Shown: piece by piece, positions 20,724 through 31,091 of the stretch
How the letters are laid out: each line of letters opens with the position of its first letter
How positions within the stretch are numbered: position 1 is the first letter of the stretch
Origin: a virus
Direction: 5' to 3' (one strand)
Length of the DNA stretch: 64,000 bases
IMG/VR virus record: IMGVR_UViG_3300032083_003901
Coordinates: 1-64,000 of that record
Notes under the pieces: generated by a model
What the model saw: the letters and a program-made list of their open reading frames with translations, nothing else
Told to the model about the DNA's origin: nothing
Databases searched by the model: none
Translations under genes and position numbers: made by a program

Positions 20724-21688
20724 CAGAACCAATTTTGCAGTCGAACCCAGATCGGTTCGTAATTTACCCAATTGTTCACGATGATTTGTGGGCAGAATTT
20801 AAGAAACAAGAAGCCTCCTTTTGGACAGCTGAGGAGATTGATCTCGGCGAAGATCTAAAAGACTGGCAAAAACTAAATGACGATGAGCGCCATTTCATCA
20901 AGCATATCTTGGCTTTCTTTGCAGCATCAGATGGCATTGTTAATGAAAACTTGTGCTATCGTTTTGCTAACGAAGTACAGTATCCAGAAGCTCGAGCAGC
21001 ATACACTTTTCAGGCTGCAATGGAAACAATTCATAGCGAAACTTATTCTTTGCTAATTGACACTTATGTTTCAGATGCCAATGAGAAGACTAAGCTTCTG
21101 CGGGCAATTGACACGATTCCTACTGTTGGTAAAAAAGCCGAATGGGCACTGAAGTGGCTTGATTCAGCAGATTCGTTTGCAAAAAGACTGATTGCTTTTG
21201 CGTGCGTTGAAGGCATCTTTTTTAGTGGTTCTTTTTGTAGTATCTTTTGGCTCAAACATCGCGATAAAGGTTTAAAAGGCCTAACTTTTTCTAACGAGTT
21301 AATTTCTAGAGATGAAGCTGCTCACACTGATTTTGCAATTAAGGTTTACCGAAACCACATTCTCGATAAGCTTTCTACAGAGGAAGTGCAACAAATCGTC
21401 TGTGAAGCAGTAGACATTGAGAAGAATTTTGTCTGTGAAGCTCTGCCTGTGAGTCTAATTGGCATGAACTCTGACACAATGAGTCGCTACATTGAATTCG
21501 TTGCCGACAGACTTTTAACTGATCTTGGTTACGCAAAAGTCTATAATACAAACAACCCATTCCCATGGATGGAAATGCTTGGCCTTGAGGGAAAAACTAA
21601 CTTCTTCGAGCGTCGGGTGAGTGAATATGCAAAAGCCGGCGTTAAGTCGGGAGGGTCACAGGAACTAAGTTGGGACGGAGAGTTTTGA
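20720..21688 (+). CDS. nrdB: Ribonucleotide reductase class I beta subunit
   Basis: [56 protein letters not shown]. Confidence 0.97.
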   Translation: MTEPILQSNPDRFVIYPIVHDDLWAEFKKQEASFWTAEEIDLGEDLKDWQKLNDDERHFIKHILAFFAASDGIVNENLCYRFANEVQYPEARAAYTFQAAMETIHSETYSLLIDTYVSDANEKTKLLRAIDTIPTVGKKAEWALKWLDSADSFAKRLIAFACVEGIFFSGSFCSIFWLKHRDKGLKGLTFSNELISRDEAAHTDFAIKVYRNHILDKLSTEEVQQIVCEAVDIEKNFVCEALPVSLIGMNSDTMSRYIEFVADRLLTDLGYAKVYNTNNPFPWMEMLGLEGKTNFFERRVSEYAKAGVKSGGSQELSWDGEF

Positions 21689-24057
21689 TGAGACAGTTCG
21701 TTGTCAAAAGCGATGGCAGAAAAGAAGAAATTAAGTTTGACAAAATCACGCAGCGGATCAAAAAGCAGTGCCGAGATCTAAATAAAGACTATGTTGTTCC
21801 AACAGAGGTTACGCGCCGCGTGGCTGAGTCTGTTGTTGATGGCATTACAACTGCTCAAATTGATGAACTGATAGCCCAAGAAGCCGCCAGGATGGTAACC
21901 GTGCATCCGGATTATTCGGTTCTTGGTGCAAGAATACTGATGTCTCGTTGGCAAAAATCAATTCCAGTATCGTTTTCTGAAAACGTCGAGAGATTGTACG
22001 ATTACGTCAATCCGGACACAGGTCTGCACTCACCTCTTGTAAGTCCGGAATTAGTTGAAATTGTTTCTAACAAAAAGAAAGCCGAGCTTATCGATAGAGC
22101 TATTGTACATGATCGCGATCATGATTTTGACTATTTTGGATTAGCCACTCTGCGCCGCGGCTATCTCAAATCTGTAGGCCAGCATGTCGCTGAAACGCCG
22201 CAGTTTATGTGGATGAGGGTTGCATTGGGCATTCACGGAAGTGATGTTTCGGCAGCTATTCAGTGTTATGACAGCTTGAGCAAAGGCCTTTACATTCATG
22301 CCACGCCTACACTTTTCAACGCTGGAACTCCACGAAGCCAAATGGCAAGCTGTTTCTTGCAGAGTCTTGCTGGAGATTCTATCGAAGGCATCTTTGAGAC
22401 CTACAAGCAGATTGCCAACATCTCAAAGTGGGCTGGAGGCATTGGGCTGCACATTCACAATCTTCGAGCTGCAGGGACCATGATTGCAGGCACTAATGGC
22501 ACTTCAGACGGCATCATTCCGATGGTTCGAGTTCTCAACGAGATTGCTCGATATGTCAACCAAGGCGGCAAGCGCAAAGGTGCATTTTCAGTTTATCTCG
22601 AGCCATGGCATGCTGACATCGAAGAGTTTCTCGATTTAAAAAAGAATCACGGCAAAGAAGAGCTCCGCGCGCGTGATTTGTTTTATGCTCTTTGGACTCC
22701 TGATCTTTTCATGCAGCGTGTCAAAAATGACGGCATTTGGTCTCTAATGTGCCCTCATAAGTCTCCTGGCCTTTCAGATGTGTACGGCGAAGAGTTCGTC
22801 AAGCTCTACGAGCAATACGAAGCTGAAGGTCGCTACGTACGTCAGGTCAAAGCTCGAGATCTTTGGGTTAAAGTCGTCACAGCTCAAATTGAGACTGGGG
22901 TGCCATACATTCTGTACAAAGATGCTGCAAATGCAAAATCTAATCAGAAGAACTTAGGAACAATCAAGTCTTCTAATCTTTGCACAGAGATCATTGAATA
23001 CAGCGATCCAAATGAGACTGCTGTTTGCAACTTAGCTTCTATCGCTCTGCCTAGATTCGTCAAAGATGGCAAGTATGACTTTGATGCCTTGCAGTCGATA
23101 GCCTCAGAAGTTACGAAAAACCTCAATCATGTTATCGACAAAGGTTTTTATCCAACAGAACAGACTAATGTTTCTAATCTTAAGCATCGACCTATTGGCA
23201 TCGGCGTCCAAGGTTTGGCAGACACGTTTGCTTTGCTGGGATATAATTTCGAAGATGAAAATGCGCGTGAACTAAATCGGCGTATTTTTGCAACCATTTA
23301 CTATGGAGCTCTTGAAGCTTCTTGTGAGTTGGCTCGCCACAATGGGGCCTATGAGAGTTATGAAGGATCCCCATCTTCAGAAGGCATTTTGCAATTTGAC
23401 ATGTGGGGTGTTGAGCCTCACGATTCTCTAGATTGGAAAACTCTCAAAAAGAAAATTAAGCGCTGGGGTCTGAGAAACAGCCTTTTGTTGGCGCCAATGC
23501 CTACTGCTTCGACATCTCAGATTCTAGGCAACAATGAGTGTTTTGAGCCTTTCACGTCGAACCTCTATGTCCGTCGAGTTCTATCAGGAGAATTTGTTAT
23601 TATTAATCGCCACTTGGTGAACGATCTTGTGGATGTAGGGCTTTGGAACGAAGAAATGAAGAATGAGATTGTACGAAATTATGGTTCCGTGCAATCGATT
23701 CCTAGCGTACCGGATGATATCAAGCGTCGTTATCGCACTGTATGGGAAATGTCAATGAAACCGATCATTGACATGGCAGCAGATCGAGGTGCTTACATTT
23801 GCCAGTCTCAGTCAATGAATCTTTTCATTGCTGACCCAACTATTGGTAAAGTAAATGCAATGCATTTTTATGCTTGGGAGTCTGGCTTGAAAACTGGCAT
23901 GTACTACCTGCGATCTAAGCCGGCAGCTATGGCAAAGACAATTACTGTCGAATCTAAGACTCAAAGCGAAAACCAGGTCGTTTCTGAGCCAACGCCGGAA
24001 GAAATTATTGCTTGCTCTCTAGAGAATCCGGAAGCATGCGACATGTGTGGTTCTTGA
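21688..24057 (+). CDS. nrdA: Ribonucleotide reductase class I alpha subunit
   Basis: N-terminal ATP cone, ATPTLFNAG, SSNLCTEI, CNLASI, APMPTASTSQ, KTGMYY, C-terminal CDMC. Confidence 0.97.
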   Translation: MRQFVVKSDGRKEEIKFDKITQRIKKQCRDLNKDYVVPTEVTRRVAESVVDGITTAQIDELIAQEAARMVTVHPDYSVLGARILMSRWQKSIPVSFSENVERLYDYVNPDTGLHSPLVSPELVEIVSNKKKAELIDRAIVHDRDHDFDYFGLATLRRGYLKSVGQHVAETPQFMWMRVALGIHGSDVSAAIQCYDSLSKGLYIHATPTLFNAGTPRSQMASCFLQSLAGDSIEGIFETYKQIANISKWAGGIGLHIHNLRAAGTMIAGTNGTSDGIIPMVRVLNEIARYVNQGGKRKGAFSVYLEPWHADIEEFLDLKKNHGKEELRARDLFYALWTPDLFMQRVKNDGIWSLMCPHKSPGLSDVYGEEFVKLYEQYEAEGRYVRQVKARDLWVKVVTAQIETGVPYILYKDAANAKSNQKNLGTIKSSNLCTEIIEYSDPNETAVCNLASIALPRFVKDGKYDFDALQSIASEVTKNLNHVIDKGFYPTEQTNVSNLKHRPIGIGVQGLADTFALLGYNFEDENARELNRRIFATIYYGALEASCELARHNGAYESYEGSPSSEGILQFDMWGVEPHDSLDWKTLKKKIKRWGLRNSLLLAPMPTASTSQILGNNECFEPFTSNLYVRRVLSGEFVIINRHLVNDLVDVGLWNEEMKNEIVRNYGSVQSIPSVPDDIKRRYRTVWEMSMKPIIDMAADRGAYICQSQSMNLFIADPTIGKVNAMHFYAWESGLKTGMYYLRSKPAAMAKTITVESKTQSENQVVSEPTPEEIIACSLENPEACDMCGS

Positions 24058-24386
24058 TGAAACAAATTAGATTAGTTTGGAACAACAAGATCAGTGAATA
24101 TCAAGACGATATTTTGCTGCTCATTAGCGAAGAGACTGGTCTAGAAATAGCTCAATTGCGAAGAAGCCCAGAGTCCAAGCGTCGTAGTCCAAAAACATGG
24201 GCAGATGCATATGCTGATCGATCTTGGCTATTGCGTGCAGTTCACTATGATGACAATGTAATTTCTCAGCACTTAGGTCCCAACTGGGATTCAGCTACTT
24301 ATAATGGATTTCGAACTGTCAGAGAGTTTGAGTCCTGGTTAAAAAATAGGGAGGATAGAGAAAATGTTCGTCAAAAAAACTATTAG
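24057..24386 (+). CDS. Hypothetical protein
   Basis: ATG overlaps nrdA stop (TGATG). Confidence 0.6.
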   Translation: MKQIRLVWNNKISEYQDDILLLISEETGLEIAQLRRSPESKRRSPKTWADAYADRSWLLRAVHYDDNVISQHLGPNWDSATYNGFRTVREFESWLKNREDRENVRQKNY

Positions 24387-24966
24387 TAATTTATTGAAAG
24401 ATGCTGAAATAAGAAAAGAGCCTGTTATAATTCGAGTCAACAGTTTCGATGAAGACAGTGCAACTAAGTTTATTAAACAGATTGGAGATGCTCACAATAC
24501 CGGTCAGCCTATCATTCCTATTGTGATTGATTCTTATGGGGGTCAAGTCTACTCTCTCATGGCCATGATTTCTGCCATCAAGAATTCTGATCTGCCTATT
24601 GCAACAATCGTTGAAGGTAAGGCTATGTCTTGTGGTGCTGTGTTGACCACATTCGGCGAAGAGGGTTATCGATTCGCGGATCCCAATTCTACCATCATGA
24701 TCCATGATGTTAGCTCTATGGAGTGGGGCAAGGTTGAAGAGCTTAAGGCTAGCGCTAAAGAAGCCGACCGTCTCAATGAAATCATTTATACCATGATGGC
24801 ACAAAACTGTGGCAAGGCTGATGATTATTTCCTGAAGATTGCCGATAAAAAGAAGCATGCTGACTGGTTTATCGATGGAAAAGAGGCAAAGAAGCACAAC
24901 TTAGTAAACCACCTCAGAGTTCCAAAAATGACGCTGAGTGTCGAAGTAAACATAGAGTTCGAATAG
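24364..24966 (+). CDS. ClpP-like serine protease
   Basis: IDSYGGQV, AMSCG (catalytic Ser), IMIHD (His). GGAGG RBS. Confidence 0.88.
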   Translation: MFVKKTISNLLKDAEIRKEPVIIRVNSFDEDSATKFIKQIGDAHNTGQPIIPIVIDSYGGQVYSLMAMISAIKNSDLPIATIVEGKAMSCGAVLTTFGEEGYRFADPNSTIMIHDVSSMEWGKVEELKASAKEADRLNEIIYTMMAQNCGKADDYFLKIADKKKHADWFIDGKEAKKHNLVNHLRVPKMTLSVEVNIEFE

Positions 24967-24972
24967 TGCGGG

Positions 24973-25323
24973 GTGTCAATGCACAGAAGAATCGAAAAGC
25001 CATGGGGTTATGAAGTTATATGGGCTCACACGGAAAGCTATGTAGCAAAAATAATTGCAATAAATGCCGGCCAAAGACTTTCCAAACAGTACCATGAAAA
25101 AAAGACTGAAACCGTGTATGTTTTAGAAGGCAAACTCATAAATTACGATGAAAATGATGTCGAAATGAGATTTGAACAAGGGCAAAGCTTTCACGTTGAG
25201 CCTGGTCAAATACATCGATTTGGAGCTACGAAATTTGACAATGTCAAAATTATGGAAGTTAGCACCAATCATTTAGACGATGTCGTTAGAATTAGTGATG
25301 ACTACGGAAGAGAAGGAGAATAA
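24973..25323 (+). CDS. Cupin protein (type II mannose-6-phosphate isomerase C-terminal-like)
   Basis: KPWGYE, RLSKQYHEKKTE, PGQIHRF, DDVVRISDDYGR. Confidence 0.8.
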   Translation: MSMHRRIEKPWGYEVIWAHTESYVAKIIAINAGQRLSKQYHEKKTETVYVLEGKLINYDENDVEMRFEQGQSFHVEPGQIHRFGATKFDNVKIMEVSTNHLDDVVRISDDYGREGE

Positions 25324-25324
25324 G

Positions 25325-26398
25325 ATGCTAGAAAACAAACGCGTTCTTGTCGTTGGTACTGGAACAATTGGCGAGCCCCTAATTGGACTTTTATGCAGAT
25401 TGAAAGATGATTTTCAAATTGATGAAGTCATGTTTCACAAGCGAACTCCGTTGCTAGAAGATTCAACTAAAGTTGAGAGCCTGATAAAAGCCGGAGCTAA
25501 GTTGGTTACTGATTCAGACCGAGTTGCCGACTTTAATGAAATGGGTTTTGAAGTGTCCTATATTTGGGAAGACGCTCTAGATCGATCCAAAGTAGTGATT
25601 GACTGCACCCCAGCCGGCTTAGCCAACAAGGAACAGTTCTATAAAAACTATTCTGATAAACTTTTCGTTGCACAAGGTAGCGAAAAAGGCTTTGGAACTC
25701 CTTATGCGCTTGGTCTTACTGACAAAAAAGTGCCGGTAGATGGTAAAGGATATCTGCAAGTCGTGAGCTGCAATACGCACGCAATTGCACGTTTGCTGAC
25801 TGCTGTTACAGAAAATGATGCCCGCGACATCATGGACGGAGACTTTACTTGCATTCGCCGCTCAAATGATGTGAGTCAAGATAAAGGATTCACACCTTCG
25901 ACTTCTGTCGGTAAACATGGGGACGCATCTTTTGGAACCCATCACGCAAGAGATGTTAACGATCTTTTTGGATATCCAGGAAAGCTGCCTATCTTTTCTA
26001 GTGCGCTAAAGACCAACACACAGTACATGCATGCTGTTAGATTTAATATCACTTTGCCAGAGCATGTTAGCCGAGAAGAGGTGATTAAGCGATTTGAGAA
26101 AGACGAATTTGTCTGTACGTCTTACAAAACGTCGGCAAATCAAATATTCTCTTTCGGTAGAGATCACGGCTTTTACGGCAGAATTTATTCACAGTCAGTT
26201 GTGAGTTTGCCTTCCGTTGAAGTTTTCCATCCCGCTTCCTATACGACCCGGGTCGTTGGAGTCGCTTTCACTCCTCAAGATGGCAATTCCCTGATGTCTT
26301 CAGTTGCTGCTTGTTTGTATGGCATTCACGGCAAACCAGCAGTTGGAGAGACTTCGTATCTTAAGAAACTAAAAGATATGATGGTCAAAAACGTGTAA
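25325..26398 (+). CDS. Archaeal-type (class II) glyceraldehyde-3-phosphate dehydrogenase-like protein
   Basis: VVGTGTIG Rossmann motif, VIDCTP, QGSEK, VVSCNT catalytic Cys, IRRSND, HHARDV, QYMH. Confidence 0.75.
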   Translation: MLENKRVLVVGTGTIGEPLIGLLCRLKDDFQIDEVMFHKRTPLLEDSTKVESLIKAGAKLVTDSDRVADFNEMGFEVSYIWEDALDRSKVVIDCTPAGLANKEQFYKNYSDKLFVAQGSEKGFGTPYALGLTDKKVPVDGKGYLQVVSCNTHAIARLLTAVTENDARDIMDGDFTCIRRSNDVSQDKGFTPSTSVGKHGDASFGTHHARDVNDLFGYPGKLPIFSSALKTNTQYMHAVRFNITLPEHVSREEVIKRFEKDEFVCTSYKTSANQIFSFGRDHGFYGRIYSQSVVSLPSVEVFHPASYTTRVVGVAFTPQDGNSLMSSVAACLYGIHGKPAVGETSYLKKLKDMMVKNV

Positions 26399-26421
26399 GA
26401 AAATACACCACATGTTATAAT
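26393..26421 (+). promoter_or_regulatory. GTGTAA-N17-TATAAT promoter with extended -10 (TG)
   Basis: Same architecture at 30645, 52369, 56109, 58387 and 63468. Confidence 0.75.
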
Positions 26422-26445
26422 GTCTCTAGATATAGGAGGTATTTC

Positions 26446-26871
26446 ATGTGGTGTCCGCCAAAATCTCCCCACAGTTTATTGCAAGAATCCTTGTGGCCGG
26501 ATGAATGGAAGATCTTGATGTCTTGTTTGATGTTAAATCAAACTACGAGAAAACAGGTTGATAAAGTGGTCTGGCAATTTTTTGATAAATGGCCAGATCC
26601 TCAATCTTTCTTGAAATCAAAACATGAAGATGTTTCTGATCTTCTAAGACCATTAGGGTTCTATAACCGCCGCCCTAAAGCTATGCGCCGTTTTACAGAA
26701 GAATACGTTCAAAAAGAATGGCTCGAGCCTATTGAGCTTCACGGCATTGGCAAATATGCGAATGATGCATGGCGAATTTTCTGCCGCGGAGATTGGAAAG
26801 CAGTAGATCCTCAAGATCACGCTTTGAACAAGTATCACTCTTGGCTTTGGAACAGTAATGGCAAAAACTAA
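26446..26871 (+). CDS. MBD4-like HhH-GPD mismatch DNA glycosylase
   Basis: WCPPKSPHSLLQE, LNQT, LLRPLG, PIELHGIGKYANDAWRIFC, DHALNKYHSWL closely follow the MBD4 glycosylase domain as I recall it. AGGAGG RBS. Confidence 0.88.
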   Translation: MWCPPKSPHSLLQESLWPDEWKILMSCLMLNQTTRKQVDKVVWQFFDKWPDPQSFLKSKHEDVSDLLRPLGFYNRRPKAMRRFTEEYVQKEWLEPIELHGIGKYANDAWRIFCRGDWKAVDPQDHALNKYHSWLWNSNGKN

Positions 26872-28714
26872 GAAAACTATTGAAGAGCGGTATAAAAAGC
26901 TAGATGACATAAGTCATTGTTTAAAACGTCCGGGAATGTACATAGGGTCGACCAAGACTCGAGAAGATGAAATGCATCTTCTGGATGAAGATACCGGTAA
27001 ATTTGTTGTTCAAAACGTCAAGCACAACCCGGGATTTCTCAAGCTCTTTGATGAGATTATTTCCAATGCAGCTGACGAACATCGGCGCCATGGTAAACTC
27101 AATAGAATCGATGTGACTGCTGACATCGATACTGGCAGAATTACCATTCGAGACAACGGCGGCATACCAGTTGTGAAGCATACTGAGCACAACGAATGGG
27201 TGCCAGAGATGATTTTTTCTAATCTCAAGGCCGGCTCGAATTTTGACGATTCAGAAGATCGAATTGTTGCAGGCACAAATGGTGTCGGAGCCACACTTAC
27301 CAACATTTTCTCAGTTGAGTTTTCGATCAATACTTGTGATGGCAAAAAAGAGTTTTTGCAAGTATTTCGCAATAACATGCGAGACCGCGACGAGCCTAAA
27401 GTAAAAAGAAAAAAAGGAGCTCAAGGATTTACTGAGATAAGCTATCTGCCTGACTATAGTCAGTTTGGGCTTACCGGATTGGATGCAGATCATGTTCAGA
27501 TGATGCGAAAGCGTTGCATTGATATAACGGCATGCAATCCTATGCTGAAGATCTATTTCAATGGCAAGAGATTCAGCTATCCTTCATTTTCTGCTTACTG
27601 TCGACTTTACGTCGACGATGTTATTTTTGAAGGCTCTGAAAGGTGGCGCATTGCAGTAGGCACATCTAATGGCAGCTTACAACATGCTTCTTTTGTCAAT
27701 GGCGTGGCAACTTCTGACGGCGGTACACACGTAGATTATGTGGCAAATCAAATTGTCAATGCCGTGCGAACCAGGCTAAAGAAGAAACACAAGATTGATC
27801 TGCGGCCATCAGAAATCAAGAATCACATGTTTGTATTTGTGAGTGCTGACATTGTCAATTCTTCGTTTTCATCTCAGACGAAAGAAAAACTCATAACTGA
27901 CGTCAGAGATTTTGGCTCGAAACATGACTTGAGTGATAAGTTTCTGAAATCCGTCTGTGAATCTGAGATGATTCAAAGAATTCTTGATTGGGCGCAACAG
28001 AAGAAAAAAGCAGATGAACGCAAGGCTTTGCGTCAACTCAACAAAAAACTGGACAAAGAAAAAGTCCTGAAGCTCATCGATGCAAAAGGCAGAAAAAGGG
28101 AAAATTGCAGTCTGGCTCTATTCGAGGGTGACTCTGCTTCTAGTGCTTTTAGAAAGTATCGAGACCCAATGACCCAAGGAGCTTTTCCGCTTCGAGGCAA
28201 ATTTCTAAACGTTGCAGGCCTAAAGCCTACAAAAGTTGTGCAAAACAAAGAAGTCCAATCTCTATTGAATGCAATTGGTCTGAGGTTGGGAGAAGAGCCA
28301 AAAGATTTGAGATATGGCAAAATCCTAATTTACTCTGACGCAGATCCTGATGGAGATTCCATTGCTGGATTGCTGGTCAACTTCTTTGGTCGATATTGGC
28401 CAGAGCTTCTAGAAGAGAAAATGCTGTATCGAGTCATGACTCCGCTAGTCGTTGCATCCAAGAACAAAGATCGGAAAATGTTCTATACGAACGAAGAATT
28501 TGAAAAATGGTCAAATTCAAAATCTTCTAAAGGATGGGATGTCTCTTACAAAAAAGGTCTTGCAGCTCTAGAAGATCCGGAATACAAAGACATAATCAGA
28601 GATCCAAAGATGTTTGCCTTAGTGCCAGGAGACGATTTGGAGCAATCACTAGAAGATTGGTTTGGAAGCAATGCTGACGTTCGTAAGAAAAAGATGCTAG
28701 GAGAGCAAGGATGA
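26858..28714 (+). CDS. Type II DNA topoisomerase, ATPase/TOPRIM subunit (gp39+gp60-like)
   Basis: RPGMYIGS, FDEIISNA, GTNGVGA, EGDSA, PLRGK, DADPDG, KGL. Confidence 0.95.
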   Translation: MAKTKKTIEERYKKLDDISHCLKRPGMYIGSTKTREDEMHLLDEDTGKFVVQNVKHNPGFLKLFDEIISNAADEHRRHGKLNRIDVTADIDTGRITIRDNGGIPVVKHTEHNEWVPEMIFSNLKAGSNFDDSEDRIVAGTNGVGATLTNIFSVEFSINTCDGKKEFLQVFRNNMRDRDEPKVKRKKGAQGFTEISYLPDYSQFGLTGLDADHVQMMRKRCIDITACNPMLKIYFNGKRFSYPSFSAYCRLYVDDVIFEGSERWRIAVGTSNGSLQHASFVNGVATSDGGTHVDYVANQIVNAVRTRLKKKHKIDLRPSEIKNHMFVFVSADIVNSSFSSQTKEKLITDVRDFGSKHDLSDKFLKSVCESEMIQRILDWAQQKKKADERKALRQLNKKLDKEKVLKLIDAKGRKRENCSLALFEGDSASSAFRKYRDPMTQGAFPLRGKFLNVAGLKPTKVVQNKEVQSLLNAIGLRLGEEPKDLRYGKILIYSDADPDGDSIAGLLVNFFGRYWPELLEEKMLYRVMTPLVVASKNKDRKMFYTNEEFEKWSNSKSSKGWDVSYKKGLAALEDPEYKDIIRDPKMFALVPGDDLEQSLEDWFGSNADVRKKKMLGEQG

Positions 28715-30060
28715 GCAATATTTCTGAGCGCACAGTAAGCAATTTTTTCGACAACGAACTTCGAAGCTATGCGCTTTATACTGTTGAAAATCGTGCTATT
28801 CCGTCGTTGATTGATGGATTCAAGCCATCACAAAGAAAAATTGCACATACTGCGAACCAAGTATGGAAGACTGGCAAGGAAAAGCCGATGAAAGTTTTCC
28901 AACTCGGCGGCCTTGCGGCATCAATGACAATGTTTCACCATGGATCTTTAGATGCAACTATCATCGGCATGGCACAAGAATTCAAGAATTCCATGCCTAT
29001 CTTTCAAGGGATTGGTCAGTTTGGTTCCCTGAGGTCTCCTGAGGCTGGTGCTCCTCGTTATGTTGGCGTGAAGTTCAACGAAAATTTTCGGCTGTTGTAC
29101 AAAGATTTTGATCTAGTTGATGAGCAAGAAGAAGAGGGCGAAAAGATCGAGCCTAAGTTCTTTTTGCCAATTATCCCAACTGTTCTACTCAACGGAGGCA
29201 GCGGGATCGCAGTTGGCTTTGCAACAAACATTCTAAACAGACATCCGGCTGATTTGATAGAAGCATGCCTTTCGGTTCTAAAAGGCAAAAAGTGTCCGGA
29301 AGTCAAGCCATGGATCAATGGATTTAGCGGCAGTTTTTCTAGAGTCCCAGATGCTCCTAAGTCTTGGGTCATCAGCGGCAGCTATAAAGTCAAAAATACT
29401 ACAACTGTTGAAATAACAGAAATACCTCCTAGCTATACGTACGAAAAATATGAAGCTCATCTCGAGAGTCTGATTCAAAAAGGAACTCTAGTTTCTTACG
29501 ACGATCACTCGGCAGAAACACCTCACTATGTTCTGAAGTTTAGAAGAGCTGTTCTTTCTCAGTTGACGAAAAAAAATAAGCTGCAAACTTTGTTGAAAAT
29601 GCAAGAACGCGTTGGAGAAAACTACACAACGCTTGACGAAAACGGTGCTCTGAAGATCTTTGAAGCCCCGGAAGAAATGGTGGAATATTTTGTCAACTTT
29701 AGACTAGAATACTACGGTCTTAGAAAAGAGCGAACAATTCAGAGGTTAGAACGCGATTTGACTATTTCTTCCAATAAAAGAAGATTTATTGAAGAGATTC
29801 TTGCTGGACGACTGAAGATCAACAATCGCCCTAAAAAAGATATTGAAGTTGATCTCGAAAAAATGCAGTTTGACAAAGAAGACAGTAGCTACAACTACTT
29901 GCTCAATATGGCAATTCACTCTCTCACGAAAGAACGAGCTGAGGAACTTTTTTCTCTGTATCAAAAGAAAGTTGCAGAATTAGAGAAAGCCAAAAAGACA
30001 ACTCCGAATCAAATGTACGAAACTGATCTCAAAGTGCTCTTGAAGAGGGTTAGAAATTGA
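28711..30060 (+). CDS. Type II DNA topoisomerase, breakage-reunion subunit (gp52-like)
   Basis: RAIPSLIDGFKPSQRK, FHHG, GAPRY (catalytic Tyr), NGGSGIAVGFAT. Confidence 0.95.
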   Translation: MSNISERTVSNFFDNELRSYALYTVENRAIPSLIDGFKPSQRKIAHTANQVWKTGKEKPMKVFQLGGLAASMTMFHHGSLDATIIGMAQEFKNSMPIFQGIGQFGSLRSPEAGAPRYVGVKFNENFRLLYKDFDLVDEQEEEGEKIEPKFFLPIIPTVLLNGGSGIAVGFATNILNRHPADLIEACLSVLKGKKCPEVKPWINGFSGSFSRVPDAPKSWVISGSYKVKNTTTVEITEIPPSYTYEKYEAHLESLIQKGTLVSYDDHSAETPHYVLKFRRAVLSQLTKKNKLQTLLKMQERVGENYTTLDENGALKIFEAPEEMVEYFVNFRLEYYGLRKERTIQRLERDLTISSNKRRFIEEILAGRLKINNRPKKDIEVDLEKMQFDKEDSSYNYLLNMAIHSLTKERAEELFSLYQKKVAELEKAKKTTPNQMYETDLKVLLKRVRN

Positions 30061-30650
30061 AAAAGTATTCTTACAACGATTACCAAGCCATTACTCGAGA
30101 AACGACTGGCTGCGATGATCTGACAGTTTTAGCTCTAGGCCTAATAGGCGAGACTATTGAATTTTTAGATGCCGTAGATAAAATTTACGACGGATCTTCT
30201 GGTCTTTGTTTGCTAGATGCAGCAGAGAATGCTTTGAAAGAATCTGGAGACGTACTTTGGTACGCAGCTAGAATTATGGATGTTCTCGAAATCAAGTTTG
30301 GAGATTGGGAAAGATATTCTGCCGGAACTGCCGATAATTGCTTGGATCCTTGCCACACAAATTTCCATAAGAAGTTCCGCATGGCAAAAAACGCCGCAGA
30401 AGTCAGCGAGCACATAAAAAAAGTTTTTGGCCATGGCCATGATCTAGACAAGAATCGAGTCTGCAATCACGTTTCTGATATTATTCGAGACATTCTTCAC
30501 ATTTTGAAAAACATCTATGGAGATTGCAGTCCAAAAAGAGACAATCCGCTCATGGTTTCAATGTTAGCGAATGTAGAAAAGCTTCGAAAAAGATATCCTA
30601 ACGGGTTTGAAATTGAGCGAAGTAAAAATCGTCAGCCTGATGACGTGTAA
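30057..30650 (+). CDS. MazG-like nucleotide pyrophosphohydrolase (tandem domains)
   Basis: LGLIGETIE..KESGDVLWY, second degenerate repeat, NVEKLRKRYPNGF. Confidence 0.8.
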   Translation: MKKYSYNDYQAITRETTGCDDLTVLALGLIGETIEFLDAVDKIYDGSSGLCLLDAAENALKESGDVLWYAARIMDVLEIKFGDWERYSAGTADNCLDPCHTNFHKKFRMAKNAAEVSEHIKKVFGHGHDLDKNRVCNHVSDIIRDILHILKNIYGDCSPKRDNPLMVSMLANVEKLRKRYPNGFEIERSKNRQPDDV

Positions 30651-30673
30651 GTTTTCATAAATCTTGATATAAT
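30645..30673 (+). promoter_or_regulatory. GTGTAA-N17-TATAAT promoter
   Basis: gtgtaa gttttcataaatcttga tataat. Confidence 0.72.
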
Positions 30674-30704
30674 AAACTTCCGATGACGTAAGGGGTACGT
30701 AAAA

Positions 30705-31091
30705 TTGAATAAAGCAAAAGAGTTTTTGAGATCTTGGCTTTCTAAAAGAGAGCCTTTGTTTTTTGAGCACAGTTCGGTAACAAAATTGTTTTCTAAACTG
30801 TACGGTTTTGAAGTCAATGCGATCAACATATGGTTTCTTGTCTTTGGAAAAGCGGAGATTAGTGATTCTACTCGACGGCACGAAAAGACGCACTACATCC
30901 AACAGTGGGAGATGCTGTTTGTTGGCCAGTGGATTGCTTATGCTTACTATTATTTCAAAGGCTGGATCTTGAAAAAAGATCGCAAGCAAGCCTACCGCGA
31001 CAATCCTTTCGAGCGCGAGGCTCGAGCTTTTGGCGCCGAAGAAGAGAAGTTTGAAACGCGTCGCTTTTGGAACTGGCGCTTTTACCGATAG
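30705..31091 (+). CDS. Small HExxH putative zinc metallopeptidase-like protein
   Basis: RRHEKTHYIQQ and AYRDNPFEREA motifs. Confidence 0.7.
   Translation: MNKAKEFLRSWLSKREPLFFEHSSVTKLFSKLYGFEVNAINIWFLVFGKAEISDSTRRHEKTHYIQQWEMLFVGQWIAYAYYYFKGWILKKDRKQAYRDNPFEREARAFGAEEEKFETRRFWNWRFYR

Noticed and set aside
20720-30060. Eukaryotic giant virus origin suggested by eukaryote-like RNR, MBD4-like and DUF5824-like genes
   Set aside because: Shine-Dalgarno sites, sigma70, DnaE, overlapping operons and a contractile tail all indicate a bacteriophage.
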